Assembly (NCBI GenBank): GCA_025455795.1
Contig: JALOLW010000033.1
Span: 1 to 32,131 of the forward strand
Direction: 5' to 3'
Source: Spirosomataceae bacterium
GTDB lineage: Bacteria; Bacteroidota; Bacteroidia; Cytophagales; Spirosomataceae
Length of the DNA stretch: 32,131 nt
Shown here: positions 1 through 8,094 of the stretch, one piece after another
Numbering within the stretch: position 1 is the stretch's first letter
Layout of the letters: each line of letters begins with the position of its first letter
Program-made: the position numbers and the translations under genes
The notes under the pieces: model-generated
The model's input: only the letters and a program-made list of their open reading frames with translations
Told to the model about the DNA's origin: nothing
The model's database searches: none

Positions 1-16
1 AGATAAAGTTTTCCAT
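1..16 (-). CDS. Possible 5' end of a gene downstream of the BlaI-type regulator (possibly M56/BlaR1-like peptidase), cut by the window edge
   Basis: ATG at 16..14 (MENFI...) 13 nt after the regulator stop; product inferred only from the usual blaI-M56 pairing. Confidence 0.3.
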
Positions 17-29
17 CGGTTTGGGGCCC

Positions 30-401
30 TTACTGAGCGTTTTGAAGCATTTTGATAATCTCGTCGGCGTCGCGCATACTCAGATTTTTGTCTTGGACAA
101 AAAACGACACCAATTCTTTCAACGAACCATCGAAATAGTTGTTTACCAGTTTGTTGGCTTCGTAAGCGCGGTAGTCTTCCCGACTGATGAGCGGAAAATA
201 CTCGTAGGTTTTGCCGCTGAGTGCGCGGTGGTCTATAAAGCCTTTCTGCTCCAAAATGCGGATAAAAGTTGAAACCGTGTTGTAGGCGGGCTTGGGTTCG
301 GGCAGACGCTCTATCACGTCCCACACTACCCCCTGCTCTATGTCCCACAAGATTTGCATGATTTCTTCTTCTGCTTTGGTTAAATCTCTGATTGTGTCCA
401 T
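30..401 (-). CDS. BlaI/MecI/CopY family transcriptional repressor
   Basis: LTKAEEEIMQILW, PAYNTVSTFIRILEQKGF, YFPLISREDY, NYFDGSLKELVSFF family motifs; 123 aa. Confidence 0.93.
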   Translation of the reverse strand: MDTIRDLTKAEEEIMQILWDIEQGVVWDVIERLPEPKPAYNTVSTFIRILEQKGFIDHRALSGKTYEYFPLISREDYRAYEANKLVNNYFDGSLKELVSFFVQDKNLSMRDADEIIKMLQNAQ

Positions 402-427
402 TTTATGTTCATTTTTATAAGTCAGTA

Positions 428-460
428 CAAAGGTATAACTAATGAATTAGTTTTTGCAAA
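428..460 (-). promoter_or_regulatory. Bacteroidetes housekeeping promoter for the BlaI-type gene
   Basis: Minus strand TACCTTTG (435..428) fits TAnnTTTG; TTTG at 460..457 lies 21 nt upstream. Confidence 0.7.
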
Positions 461-483
461 TATTTTCAACTAATTTTTTAGTA
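437..483. promoter_or_regulatory. Two palindromic operators, likely bound by the BlaI-type repressor
   Basis: AACTAATGAATTAGTT (437-452) and AACTAATTTTTTAGTA (468-483), 31 bp apart, overlapping the promoter. Confidence 0.65.
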
Positions 484-507
484 ATACTTTACAAAGCCTG
501 TGCTTGC

Positions 508-590
508 GCGCGTTTTTAAACGCGCATCTCGTGAGGTTCACGTTTAAAACGTAAACCATCTAAATTGACAACTTTTTGAAAATTGTCAAT
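508..590. repeat. Cluster of three REP-like palindromes after proC
   Basis: GCGCGTTTttAAACGCGC (508-525), GGTTcACGTTTaAAACGTaAACC (535-557), ATTGACAActttttgaaaaTTGTCAAT (564-590). Confidence 0.6.
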
Positions 591-610
591 CCTACCAAAT
601 TTTTGAGAAG

Positions 611-1414
611 TTATCCTTTTGACAGTTCTTTGGCTCTGCGCTCGGCGGCCAGAATACCCGTTTGGAGCGTTTGAGAGAGATGCCCCCCCTCAAATTCGTG
701 CAAGGCAGCCTCGGTTGTGCCGCCTTTGGAAGCCACTGCTTTGATGAGGTCGTCGAGGCTTTTGTCGGCGTTGTTGATAAGGTGAAACGCCCCCAACATC
801 GTCTGCTTGACGAGCAGCGTAGCCATAGATTCCTCAAAACCCATCTGTTTGCCCGCTTCTACCATGCTTTTGACGATGTAATAAAAATACGCGGGGCCAC
901 TGCCACTCAACGCCGTGACGGCGTCGAGCATGGATTCGTCTTCCAAAAACACCGAGCGACCCGTGGCGTTGATGAGGTTGTCTATTTTGAGCAATTGGGC
1001 AAAACTCAGCTCTTTGGCCGCTGAAAAACCCGTGATGCCCATGCCGAGCATGGCGGGCGTGTTGGGCATGGCCCGAATCACCAAGCGGTGGTCGAGGGCG
1101 TCTTGGATGCGGGCTATCGGAATCCCCGCCATGATCGAAAGCACCACCTGCTGCGGCTGCACCACGGCCCTCAGTGCCTCACCGATGGCGTTGAAATCTT
1201 GCGGCTTCACCGACAGTATCACCACGTCGTAGTCACCCACGTGCGGACTGATGGTCTCGACCACCACGCCCGTGTTTTCGTCGCGGAGGGTCGTGGCGCG
1301 GTCGGCACTTTTTTCGATGAGCAAAAGATTGTCTTTTTTGACTAAATCATACTGCAAAAACGACTTGGCAAAGGCCATGCCCATGTTTCCGCAGCCTACG
1401 ATGGCAATTTTCAT
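611..1414 (-). CDS. proC: Pyrroline-5-carboxylate reductase
   Basis: GCGNMG Rossmann motif, SVKPQ, RAMPNTP, ALSGSGPAY, VASKGGTT. Confidence 0.97.
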   Translation of the reverse strand: MKIAIVGCGNMGMAFAKSFLQYDLVKKDNLLLIEKSADRATTLRDENTGVVVETISPHVGDYDVVILSVKPQDFNAIGEALRAVVQPQQVVLSIMAGIPIARIQDALDHRLVIRAMPNTPAMLGMGITGFSAAKELSFAQLLKIDNLINATGRSVFLEDESMLDAVTALSGSGPAYFYYIVKSMVEAGKQMGFEESMATLLVKQTMLGAFHLINNADKSLDDLIKAVASKGGTTEAALHEFEGGHLSQTLQTGILAAERRAKELSKG

Positions 1415-1423
1415 AATTGAGGT

Positions 1424-2170
1424 TTATCGCTCCATGTCGCGGAGGAGTTTATTGGCAAAAATAAATTCATTGAGTTCGGCCACCGACGACTGCGTGATGG
1501 TGCGGCTGTCGCCCTCCCAGAGTTTGTGGCCTTTGTAAAGAAACATCACCTTTTCGCCGATTTCGAGGACTGAGTTCATGTCGTGGGTGATGACCACCGT
1601 CGTGATTTGGTACTCGTCGGTGATTTCTTTGATGAGTTCGTCTATTTTGATGGAAGTGAGCGGGTCGAGGCCAGAGTTGGGTTCGTCACAAAACAAATAC
1701 TTCGGGTTCATCACAATGGCACGCGCGATGCCTACTCGTTTTTTCATTCCACCGCTGATTTCGGAGGGCATACGGTTGGCGGCGTGTTCGAGGCCGACCC
1801 GTGCCAAACAAAACATCACGCGCTCGTCACGCTCGCTTTCGCTCATGTTGGTGAGCATTTCGAGCGGGAAGCGTACGTTTTGAAATACCGTTTTGGAGTC
1901 AAACAACGCCCCACCTTGAAACAAAACGCCCATTTCACGGCGGATTTGTTTGCGTACTTCTTCGTCGCTGTTCCAAAAATCCCGCCCGTTGTAAAGCACC
2001 TGCCCGTTGTCGGGTTTGACGAGTCCAATCAGACACTTGAGCAGTACGCTTTTGCCCGTGCCACTGCCGCCAATAATCAGGCTGGTATCGCCCGGCTTAA
2101 ACGCCCCCGAGACGTTGTCGAGGACGGTGCGCCCGTCAAATGCCTTGGTGATATGGTCAAACTGAATCAT
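1424..2170 (-). CDS. ABC transporter ATP-binding protein, MlaF/Mkl-like
   Basis: Walker A GGSGTGKS, FQGGALFDS, ISGGMKKRV, CDEPNSGLDP, ITHD. Confidence 0.9.
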   Translation of the reverse strand: MIQFDHITKAFDGRTVLDNVSGAFKPGDTSLIIGGSGTGKSVLLKCLIGLVKPDNGQVLYNGRDFWNSDEEVRKQIRREMGVLFQGGALFDSKTVFQNVRFPLEMLTNMSESERDERVMFCLARVGLEHAANRMPSEISGGMKKRVGIARAIVMNPKYLFCDEPNSGLDPLTSIKIDELIKEITDEYQITTVVITHDMNSVLEIGEKVMFLYKGHKLWEGDSRTITQSSVAELNEFIFANKLLRDMER

Positions 2171-2185
2171 ACGGTGCGATGAATT

Positions 2186-3154
2186 TTACTGGTTTTGGCC
2201 ATAATCATACGGATTCCAAGGCTCGTGATAATCGTCGGAAGAGCTTGAGGTATTTGAATCAGTCGTGGGATTTGTTGAATTGGAAGTAGTCGAGTCACTG
2301 TTTGATTCATTTTCCAACAATTCATCATTTTTACGATTGCGCTCTACCCAAGCCGATACCCATATACTCACTTCGTACAACAAACTCAATGGCAATGCGA
2401 CCAACACTTGGCTCAACACGTCGGGCGAAGGGGTAATAATCGCTGCCAAAATCAAAATCACCACATAGGCATGGCGGCGATACGAGCGCATGAAGCGGGG
2501 ATTGAGGAAGCCGATTTTGGACAACACAAACGCCACCACGGGCAACTGAAACGTAAGCCCGCAAGCCAACGTCAGAATGGAGAGCAGCCCCACGTAAGAG
2601 GTGATGTCAAACTCGTTGCGAATCCGTGCGTCAAGTTGGAAATTGGCCAAGAAGTTGATAGCCAACGGTGAAACAATGTAGTAGCCAAAAAAGACGCCGC
2701 TCAAAAACAGGAACGTTACGTAAAATACCGCGCCGCGCGTGGCTTTGCGCTCCGAAGGTCTTAGGCCGGGCTTGACAAAACGCCACACTTCCCAAAAGGC
2801 ATACGGAAACGCAAACAGCAACCCGATAATCAAGGATGACAGCATGGCCATTGTAAACTGACCAGCCATTTCGCGGCTTTGCAAATCAAAATCCAGCTTG
2901 TCAATGCACAAACCGCTCGCTCCCGTGACTTCGGCGAGTTTGCAGGTCATGCGGTACGTCCAGAAATCGGGGCGCGAGGGCGCCAAAATGACTTTGTCAT
3001 AAATCTCTTGGATAAACACAAAAGCCGTGATGGTAAAAACCAAAATAGAGCCTACTGCTCTGATGATATTCCAGCGAAGTTCTTCAAGGTGTTCGATGAA
3101 AGACATTTCTGTCCCTTCCGAATTTTCTTCGTCAAATGCTTGGTCTAAAGGCAT
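2186..3154 (-). CDS. tatC: Twin-arginine translocase subunit TatC
   Basis: MSFIEHLEELR, WRFVKPGL, FQLP, ITPSPD, LYEVSI; multiple TM segments; S/T/D-rich C-terminal tail. Confidence 0.97.
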   Translation of the reverse strand: MPLDQAFDEENSEGTEMSFIEHLEELRWNIIRAVGSILVFTITAFVFIQEIYDKVILAPSRPDFWTYRMTCKLAEVTGASGLCIDKLDFDLQSREMAGQFTMAMLSSLIIGLLFAFPYAFWEVWRFVKPGLRPSERKATRGAVFYVTFLFLSGVFFGYYIVSPLAINFLANFQLDARIRNEFDITSYVGLLSILTLACGLTFQLPVVAFVLSKIGFLNPRFMRSYRRHAYVVILILAAIITPSPDVLSQVLVALPLSLLYEVSIWVSAWVERNRKNDELLENESNSDSTTSNSTNPTTDSNTSSSSDDYHEPWNPYDYGQNQ

Positions 3155-3178
3155 AATTTAAAATGTATTACGAGTCTG

Positions 3179-3186
3179 CAAAGATA
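3179..3186 (-). promoter_or_regulatory. -7 promoter element for tatC-mlaF-proC
   Basis: TATCTTTG on the minus strand, 25 nt upstream of the tatC ATG. Confidence 0.55.
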
Positions 3187-3288
3187 GACGCTAATGGTCG
3201 TTTGCATTACAATTTCTTTAAAAATTACGTTCAAGTTTGGGCGTTTAGCAGGTTTTTAGCATTTTTGAGAACGATTTGACGGCTTTAT

Positions 3289-3717
3289 ATGGCAGACATT
3301 CCCCAAAATATGTTGAGTTTTGATGAACCTTTTGGCGATACCAATGGCCGAAAAGTGGCATTGAAAGAAACTTCCGAGAGTTATCGTCAGCTTTTGGAAG
3401 ACAAAATTAATGATTTAAAAGGAGACGCCTCTCGTCTTGGCAAACAGGCTTTGGTGATAGGCGGGACGCTGGCGGCGGTGTATTTGCTGCTCGAAATTTT
3501 GATATCAGACGACGAACCCGAAGTTCAACCAAAAAATGATTCGTCCAATCCGATAGTGATTCAAGCTCCCAAAGAAAGTTCGTCGTGGTTTACCAAGGCG
3601 GCTACTTCCTACGCGGTCACGTGGGCACTCGGACTGGCGCGGGAAAAATTGATGGAATTTTTGGCAACGCAGACACAAAAGCATGAAGTCAACCATACAA
3701 ACGATACTTCAAAGTAA
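3289..3717 (+). CDS. Hypothetical membrane-associated protein
   Basis: 142 aa ORF with a coiled-coil-like N-terminal part and one hydrophobic segment (ALVIGGTLAAVYLLLEILI); overlaps the next gene. Confidence 0.7.
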   Translation: MADIPQNMLSFDEPFGDTNGRKVALKETSESYRQLLEDKINDLKGDASRLGKQALVIGGTLAAVYLLLEILISDDEPEVQPKNDSSNPIVIQAPKESSSWFTKAATSYAVTWALGLAREKLMEFLATQTQKHEVNHTNDTSK

Positions 3718-4444
3718 CCTTCAACAACAACGCAAGGCATTTGCGGTACTCCTCGACCCCGACAAGGTGGATTTGGTGGCGTTTCCGTTTTTTTTGGCGC
3801 AGTGTGTTCACCACGGCGTGGACTTTTTTTTCGTGGGCGGGAGTCTTATCACGCGTTACAGTGCCGACGAAATCATCGCGGCTATTCACCGTCACACGCA
3901 CATTCCTGCCATTCTTTTTCCAGGTAATAGCCTCCATATCGAGCCTTCTGCCGACGCTATTTTGCTACTTTCGCTTATTTCGGGGCGCAACCCTGAGCTT
4001 TTGATAGGTCAGCACGTGGTGGCCGCACCTTTGCTCAAACGCAGTAAGCTCGAAATCCTCCCCACGGGCTATATGCTCATCGAAAGCGGTCGCTCTACCA
4101 CCGTCTCGTACATCAGCAATACCACGCCAATTCCCCACGACAAACCCAGCGTGGCGGCTTGTACGGCCATGGCGGGCGAGTTGTTGGGGCTTCGACTCAT
4201 GTATTTGGATGCGGGCAGTGGCGCACAGCGGCCTGTGTCGGCAGCGACGATTGCGGCTGTGCGTAAGGCCGTCGAAACACCCATCATCGTAGGCGGTGGT
4301 ATCAACACCACGGCCAAAGCCCAAGCTGCCCTCGAAGCAGGCGCAGATGTCATAGTAGTGGGCAATGGCATCGAAGAAAACCCCGACTTACTACCCGAAA
4401 TCGCCCAAGTCGTCAAGTCTTTCAATGAATGTGTGGTTCGCTAA
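3683..4444 (+). CDS. Geranylgeranylglyceryl/heptaprenylglyceryl phosphate synthase (PcrB family, group II-like)
   Basis: LLDPDK, FVGGS, LFPG, LISGRNPELLIG, TGYMLI, YLDAGSGA, VGGGI, VVGN. Confidence 0.93.
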   Translation: MKSTIQTILQSNLQQQRKAFAVLLDPDKVDLVAFPFFLAQCVHHGVDFFFVGGSLITRYSADEIIAAIHRHTHIPAILFPGNSLHIEPSADAILLLSLISGRNPELLIGQHVVAAPLLKRSKLEILPTGYMLIESGRSTTVSYISNTTPIPHDKPSVAACTAMAGELLGLRLMYLDAGSGAQRPVSAATIAAVRKAVETPIIVGGGINTTAKAQAALEAGADVIVVGNGIEENPDLLPEIAQVVKSFNECVVR

Positions 4445-4501
4445 ATTGCACAAGTATCTATTCCGAATCATCCTTTTTTGTTTGAGTAGTCTAATTTTGT
4501 T

Positions 4502-4615
4502 TGGAACTCTGACAATTTTTGTGGCTAACCTCATCCCCATCCCTTCCGCGCGGGCGGCCCCGTCCTGCCAGGAGAAGGGGGCAATACATAGTCCCTCTAA
4601 AAATTGTCAGAGAAC
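4502..4615. mobile_element. MITE-like element with 14-bp terminal inverted repeats and an internal GC hairpin
   Basis: CTCTGACAATTTTT (4507-4520) / AAAAATTGTCAGAG (4599-4612); flanking 19-bp direct repeat TTTTGTTTGAGTAGTCTAA at 4476-4494 and 4617-4635; second copy at 19995-20075. Confidence 0.8.
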
Positions 4616-4698
4616 GTTTTGTTTGAGTAGTCTAAGTTTTCATCATGCTTGCGGTTAATTCGATTTTAAGGTAAATTTGTTCTAAAATTTTCAAACAA

Positions 4699-5310
4699 AT
4701 GGCATACAGCAAATTTACCCTCGAAATGGTTGTTGAATCTTTTGATTTAAAACTAAACTATATTCCAAGTATCTTTTTGGATGCGGTATCCACAGTTCCT
4801 GTAAGTGATATTTTAAGAAAAACATTAGAACGAAATACCATTAAAGCACTTCGGATAAATACAGAAAAGGCTCGTTCAGAGTTGATTGTAGCACCCATTT
4901 TAGTCGAATTACAAGAGATTTGCAATAACGAAATTGCTTTTTTTTCTGGAATTGCTTTTAATGTTGATAAACATAAAGGACTAATGGGAGCATGTGATTT
5001 TTTGATAAGTATAGACCGCAATCAAGGTTTTTTGACTGCACCGCTTATATCAGTAGTTGAAGCCAAAAATGACAATGTCAATTATGGTTTAGGGCAATGT
5101 ATTGCAGAGATGGTCGCTGCTCAACTTTTTAACGCCAATAAAAAACGAGAAATAAAAATCATTTATGGAGTTGTTACAAACGGAATTGCTTGGAAATTAA
5201 TTAAACTTATTGACAATCAAGTCTTTATTGAAGAAGGCGAGCGCTCTTATGACATTGATTCGATGGGAGAATTGTTGGGTATTTTCTTGAAAATGTTGGA
5301 TCAACATTAA
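4699..5310 (+). CDS. Hypothetical protein, PD-(D/E)XK / type I restriction HsdR N-terminal-like fold
   Basis: EKARSELIVAPIL, GACDF, VVEAK, GQCIAEM, YGVVTNGIAW; visibly AT-rich; TAAATTTG promoter element at 4672-4679. Confidence 0.7.
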   Translation: MAYSKFTLEMVVESFDLKLNYIPSIFLDAVSTVPVSDILRKTLERNTIKALRINTEKARSELIVAPILVELQEICNNEIAFFSGIAFNVDKHKGLMGACDFLISIDRNQGFLTAPLISVVEAKNDNVNYGLGQCIAEMVAAQLFNANKKREIKIIYGVVTNGIAWKLIKLIDNQVFIEEGERSYDIDSMGELLGIFLKMLDQH

Positions 5311-5398
5311 TTGAAGTGTTTGTAGTGCTTTTGGTATTCCTACCATTTCTGGCGTTCTCACCAACAACGACTAAAAAATCACCTTCAATCTTCACGCT

Positions 5399-5983
5399 AT
5401 GCTCACACTCAATAGGCCGCTGACGCTGGCCTCCAACTCACCACGCCGCAAGCAGCTCCTCCAAGAATTAGGGTTTCGATTTGAGGTAGAAGTGCGCCCT
5501 ACTGATGAGACTTTTCCCGATACCATGCCCGTGTCGTTGGTGCCGAGTTTTTTGGCAACCCAAAAAGCCATTCAATTCAGTTCAGACATCGCCCATCGGC
5601 TCATTCTCTGTGCCGATACGATTGTGGTAGTGGATCAAGAAATTTTGAATAAACCACAAGACACCACCGAAGCCTACACCATGCTCCGCAAGCTATCGGG
5701 CCGTGCCCACGAAGTGATGACGGGCGTGGCCCTGCTCTCTGGCGATGACTGTCAAACCGAAACAGACGTAGCAAAAGTACACTTCAAAACACTCTCAGAT
5801 GCCGAAATTCACCACTACATCGCCCATTTTCGTCCTTTCGACAAAGCGGGTGGCTACGGCATCCAAGAGTGGATAGGCATGATAGGTATTGAGCGTATCG
5901 AAGGCTCATTTTACACCATCATGGGCTTGCCCGTGCATCGGGTGTATGCGCTGTTGCAGCCTTATTTGGGTAACCCCACCTAA
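5399..5983 (+). CDS. maf: Maf family nucleoside triphosphate pyrophosphatase (YhdE-like)
   Basis: LASNSPRRKQLL, CADTIV, KP, LSGRAHEVMTGV, DKAGGYGIQ, IEGSFYTIMGLP. Confidence 0.95.
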   Translation: MLTLNRPLTLASNSPRRKQLLQELGFRFEVEVRPTDETFPDTMPVSLVPSFLATQKAIQFSSDIAHRLILCADTIVVVDQEILNKPQDTTEAYTMLRKLSGRAHEVMTGVALLSGDDCQTETDVAKVHFKTLSDAEIHHYIAHFRPFDKAGGYGIQEWIGMIGIERIEGSFYTIMGLPVHRVYALLQPYLGNPT

Positions 5984-6006
5984 ATCCTCCCCGACAGGGA
6001 GGACTT
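5972..6006. repeat. GC hairpin repeat / possible bidirectional terminator overlapping the maf stop
   Basis: CCCCACCTAAA-TCCTCCC cgaca GGGAGGA between convergent genes. Confidence 0.55.
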
Positions 6007-6022
6007 TCAATCCGAAATATCG

Positions 6023-7729
6023 CTAATACCGCCAACTTTTCAAATCAGCCCCTGCGGGAGCGGCGGCTTCGATGCGTTGGAGGATTTTGGGGATATACAT
6101 GGTGTTGTAGCGCAGGCGTGACACGTGGTTGGGTACGTTGGGGTCGCCGTTCCAGCAGTGTTCGAAGCGGTCGCCGTATTTTACTTCCCCGTCATAGTGC
6201 GGGTTTTTGGTTGTTTTCAAGAAATCTTCCATCACATAGACGGCATTGTTGAGGTAATAGTTGTCCATGTCGCCGCAGTAAATGTGGATTTTACCTTGCA
6301 GTTTTTTGCCCAACGTGGCCCACTGACGCTTCATAATGTGCATCAAATCGTAGTTTTCTGACCAATATTTGGCTACATCGTGGTCAATTTTGCCCGTGCG
6401 TTTGTCCCAGATAGGTTTGGGGTAGCCGTCAGCCCCCGCGGGCGAGTAGGTAGCTTGCCAGATGTCCCATTGGTCACCAGAGCGGGAGTTGTCGCCGAGG
6501 GCAAGTTCGCGCAAGTTGGCTTCTTCGAGGGTGCATTTGACGTGACCGAGGTAGTCGCGCTTGCCAGGGCGAGGCGTTTTTTTGAAATCGCTTGGCAAGT
6601 AGTAGGCGTTTTCGTCTTTGTAAATATTGACCACCGTGTAAGCCTCAAACGTGATGGGGTCGGGGCAGGCGGCAAAACAGCCATTGAACTCGTCAGGATA
6701 AAATACTTGAGCGGCCAATGCTTCCCAACCACCCGTGCTACCACCGTAAGTAAACCGCGCCCAACCTTTTCCGAGACCACGGAAACGCTTTTCGATTTCG
6801 GGAATCAATTCGTACATGATGGCGTCACCGTAGGGACCCATATTGGCCGAATTGACCGCGTAAGAATCGTCGTAGTAGGGCGTAGCGTGCTGAATTTCAA
6901 CGATAAGCATTCGTGGGAAGTCTTTGCTGGTCCATTTTTTGTAAAAATCGTAGGCTTCTTGTTGTTGGAACTTTTTGTACCCATACACCCCAAACCGCGC
7001 GATATAATCGGTGGTATCCATATCGGCGGGAGGAGGAGTTTCTCTGAAGCCGTCGAAGTCGGCAGGGAAATGCCCGTGAAATACGCAAAGTGGATAGCGC
7101 GCTTCTGGATGCTCGTCAAAGCCATGCGGTAGTAAGATGTGGGCGCCCAAGTACATCGGGCGTCCCCAAAACTCCGTCAGCAGTTTGCTTTGGATTTTGA
7201 TGTGCTTGATGTATTTGGTGTCTTTGGGTGGTTCGATGGGCGGATTTTCTTGGTCAAGCACGAGACTGACCACGTTTTTGGCTTTGGGGTCAAACTTGAC
7301 TTTCACGGGTTTGGAGTACAAATTGCCGGGCGCAGTACGGTAGTTTTGACCTTCGCCTCGGTCCATGGGTAGTTTGACGGTGTAGCCCGTTTTGAGTTTG
7401 AAAGTTTCGTATTTGTGCAACAGCACTTGTACCCAATACTCTCCCGCAGGAAAGTCTTTGAGCGACTGAATCGGGTAGCCAAAAGCCGTTGGCGCAACGA
7501 CGGTAGGTTGATTGGCCTTCCAACCGTCCACATTTTGCCCAAACACCTGCTGACTGTGGGCATCGTCGTGGACTTGGTTACGGGGTTCGGATTTGTTGTC
7601 TTTGGCCAAGAACAACATCAAACGTCCGTCATACACCGCGCCTTTGGACGCGGGAAATGTCACCGAAAACTGGGTTTGGGCAAAAACACTACTGCCCAAC
7701 AGCAAAAAGAAGTAGAGAAGGGATTTCAT
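6023..7729 (-). CDS. Secreted alpha/beta-hydrolase (putative esterase)
   Basis: Signal peptide; QSKLLTEFWGRPMYL, GGSTGG nucleophile elbow, GDMD, FEHCW. Confidence 0.8.
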   Translation of the reverse strand: MKSLLYFFLLLGSSVFAQTQFSVTFPASKGAVYDGRLMLFLAKDNKSEPRNQVHDDAHSQQVFGQNVDGWKANQPTVVAPTAFGYPIQSLKDFPAGEYWVQVLLHKYETFKLKTGYTVKLPMDRGEGQNYRTAPGNLYSKPVKVKFDPKAKNVVSLVLDQENPPIEPPKDTKYIKHIKIQSKLLTEFWGRPMYLGAHILLPHGFDEHPEARYPLCVFHGHFPADFDGFRETPPPADMDTTDYIARFGVYGYKKFQQQEAYDFYKKWTSKDFPRMLIVEIQHATPYYDDSYAVNSANMGPYGDAIMYELIPEIEKRFRGLGKGWARFTYGGSTGGWEALAAQVFYPDEFNGCFAACPDPITFEAYTVVNIYKDENAYYLPSDFKKTPRPGKRDYLGHVKCTLEEANLRELALGDNSRSGDQWDIWQATYSPAGADGYPKPIWDKRTGKIDHDVAKYWSENYDLMHIMKRQWATLGKKLQGKIHIYCGDMDNYYLNNAVYVMEDFLKTTKNPHYDGEVKYGDRFEHCWNGDPNVPNHVSRLRYNTMYIPKILQRIEAAAPAGADLKSWRY

Positions 7730-7797
7730 TATTTTTGAGTTTAAAAAGTTGAAAATTAGTGTTTTGTAGGGTGAAGAATTTTGTTCAGAACATTGTT

Positions 7798-7968
7798 TTA
7801 TTTCTGCACAACTTCTCCTCTCAATGTTTTGAAGAAATAGAGCAATTGAGCCACTGTACTTTTTCCAGAAGTCTGCTCTCCCACAAAAATCGTCATTTCC
7901 CTGATTTGAATAGGTACAGCATTGATATTTCTGATGGCCTTAAAGTTTTGGATGACGATTTGTTCCAT
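7798..7968 (-). pseudogene. Truncated AAA_15/AAA_21-type ATPase (56 aa N-terminal remnant)
   Basis: Translated by hand: MEQIVIQNFKAIRNINAVPIQIREMTIFVGEQTSGKSTVAQLLYFFKTLRGEVVQK*; Walker A GEQTSGKS; TAGATTTG element at 8000..7993. Confidence 0.7.
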
Positions 7969-8042
7969 TTTAGTCTGCTTTAATTTCTTTTACAAATCTA
8001 ACCTAAATGTATGACTTTCTACTGTTTGGATGGTTTGAAATG

Positions 8043-8074
8043 AAAAAAGCCACCTCACAAAAAGGCGGCTTTTT
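8043..8074 (-). terminator. Intrinsic terminator after the acyl-CoA dehydrogenase gene
   Basis: AAAAAAGCCACCT-loop-AGGCGGCTTTTT hairpin with a U tract on both strands. Confidence 0.7.
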
Positions 8075-8094
8075 GGTGTCGTTTTTCTGGTTTT

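Noticed and set aside
30-401. Regulator as a copper-sensing CopY linked to the nos/Cu theme
   Set aside because: It has no cysteines, so no C-terminal CxC motif; BlaI-like
2186-2330. Ser/Thr/Asp-rich TatC tail
   Set aside because: Low-complexity variable C-terminus; no evidence of a distinct domain
2186-3154. tatC as part of NosZ export
   Set aside because: NosZ here lacks a twin-arginine signal and tatC lies over 20 kb away in a housekeeping operon
4476-4635. Direct repeats as a mini-CRISPR
   Set aside because: Only two 19-bp copies, 141 bp apart, enclosing a terminal-repeat element; no cas genes
4365-4658. ORFs at 4365-4658 and 19894-20325 sharing GTLTIFVANLIPIPS
   Set aside because: The shared peptide is only the translation of the repeat element, not a protein family
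7759-7983. 74-aa plus-strand ORF
   Set aside because: Antisense to the ATPase remnant, which carries the recognisable motif
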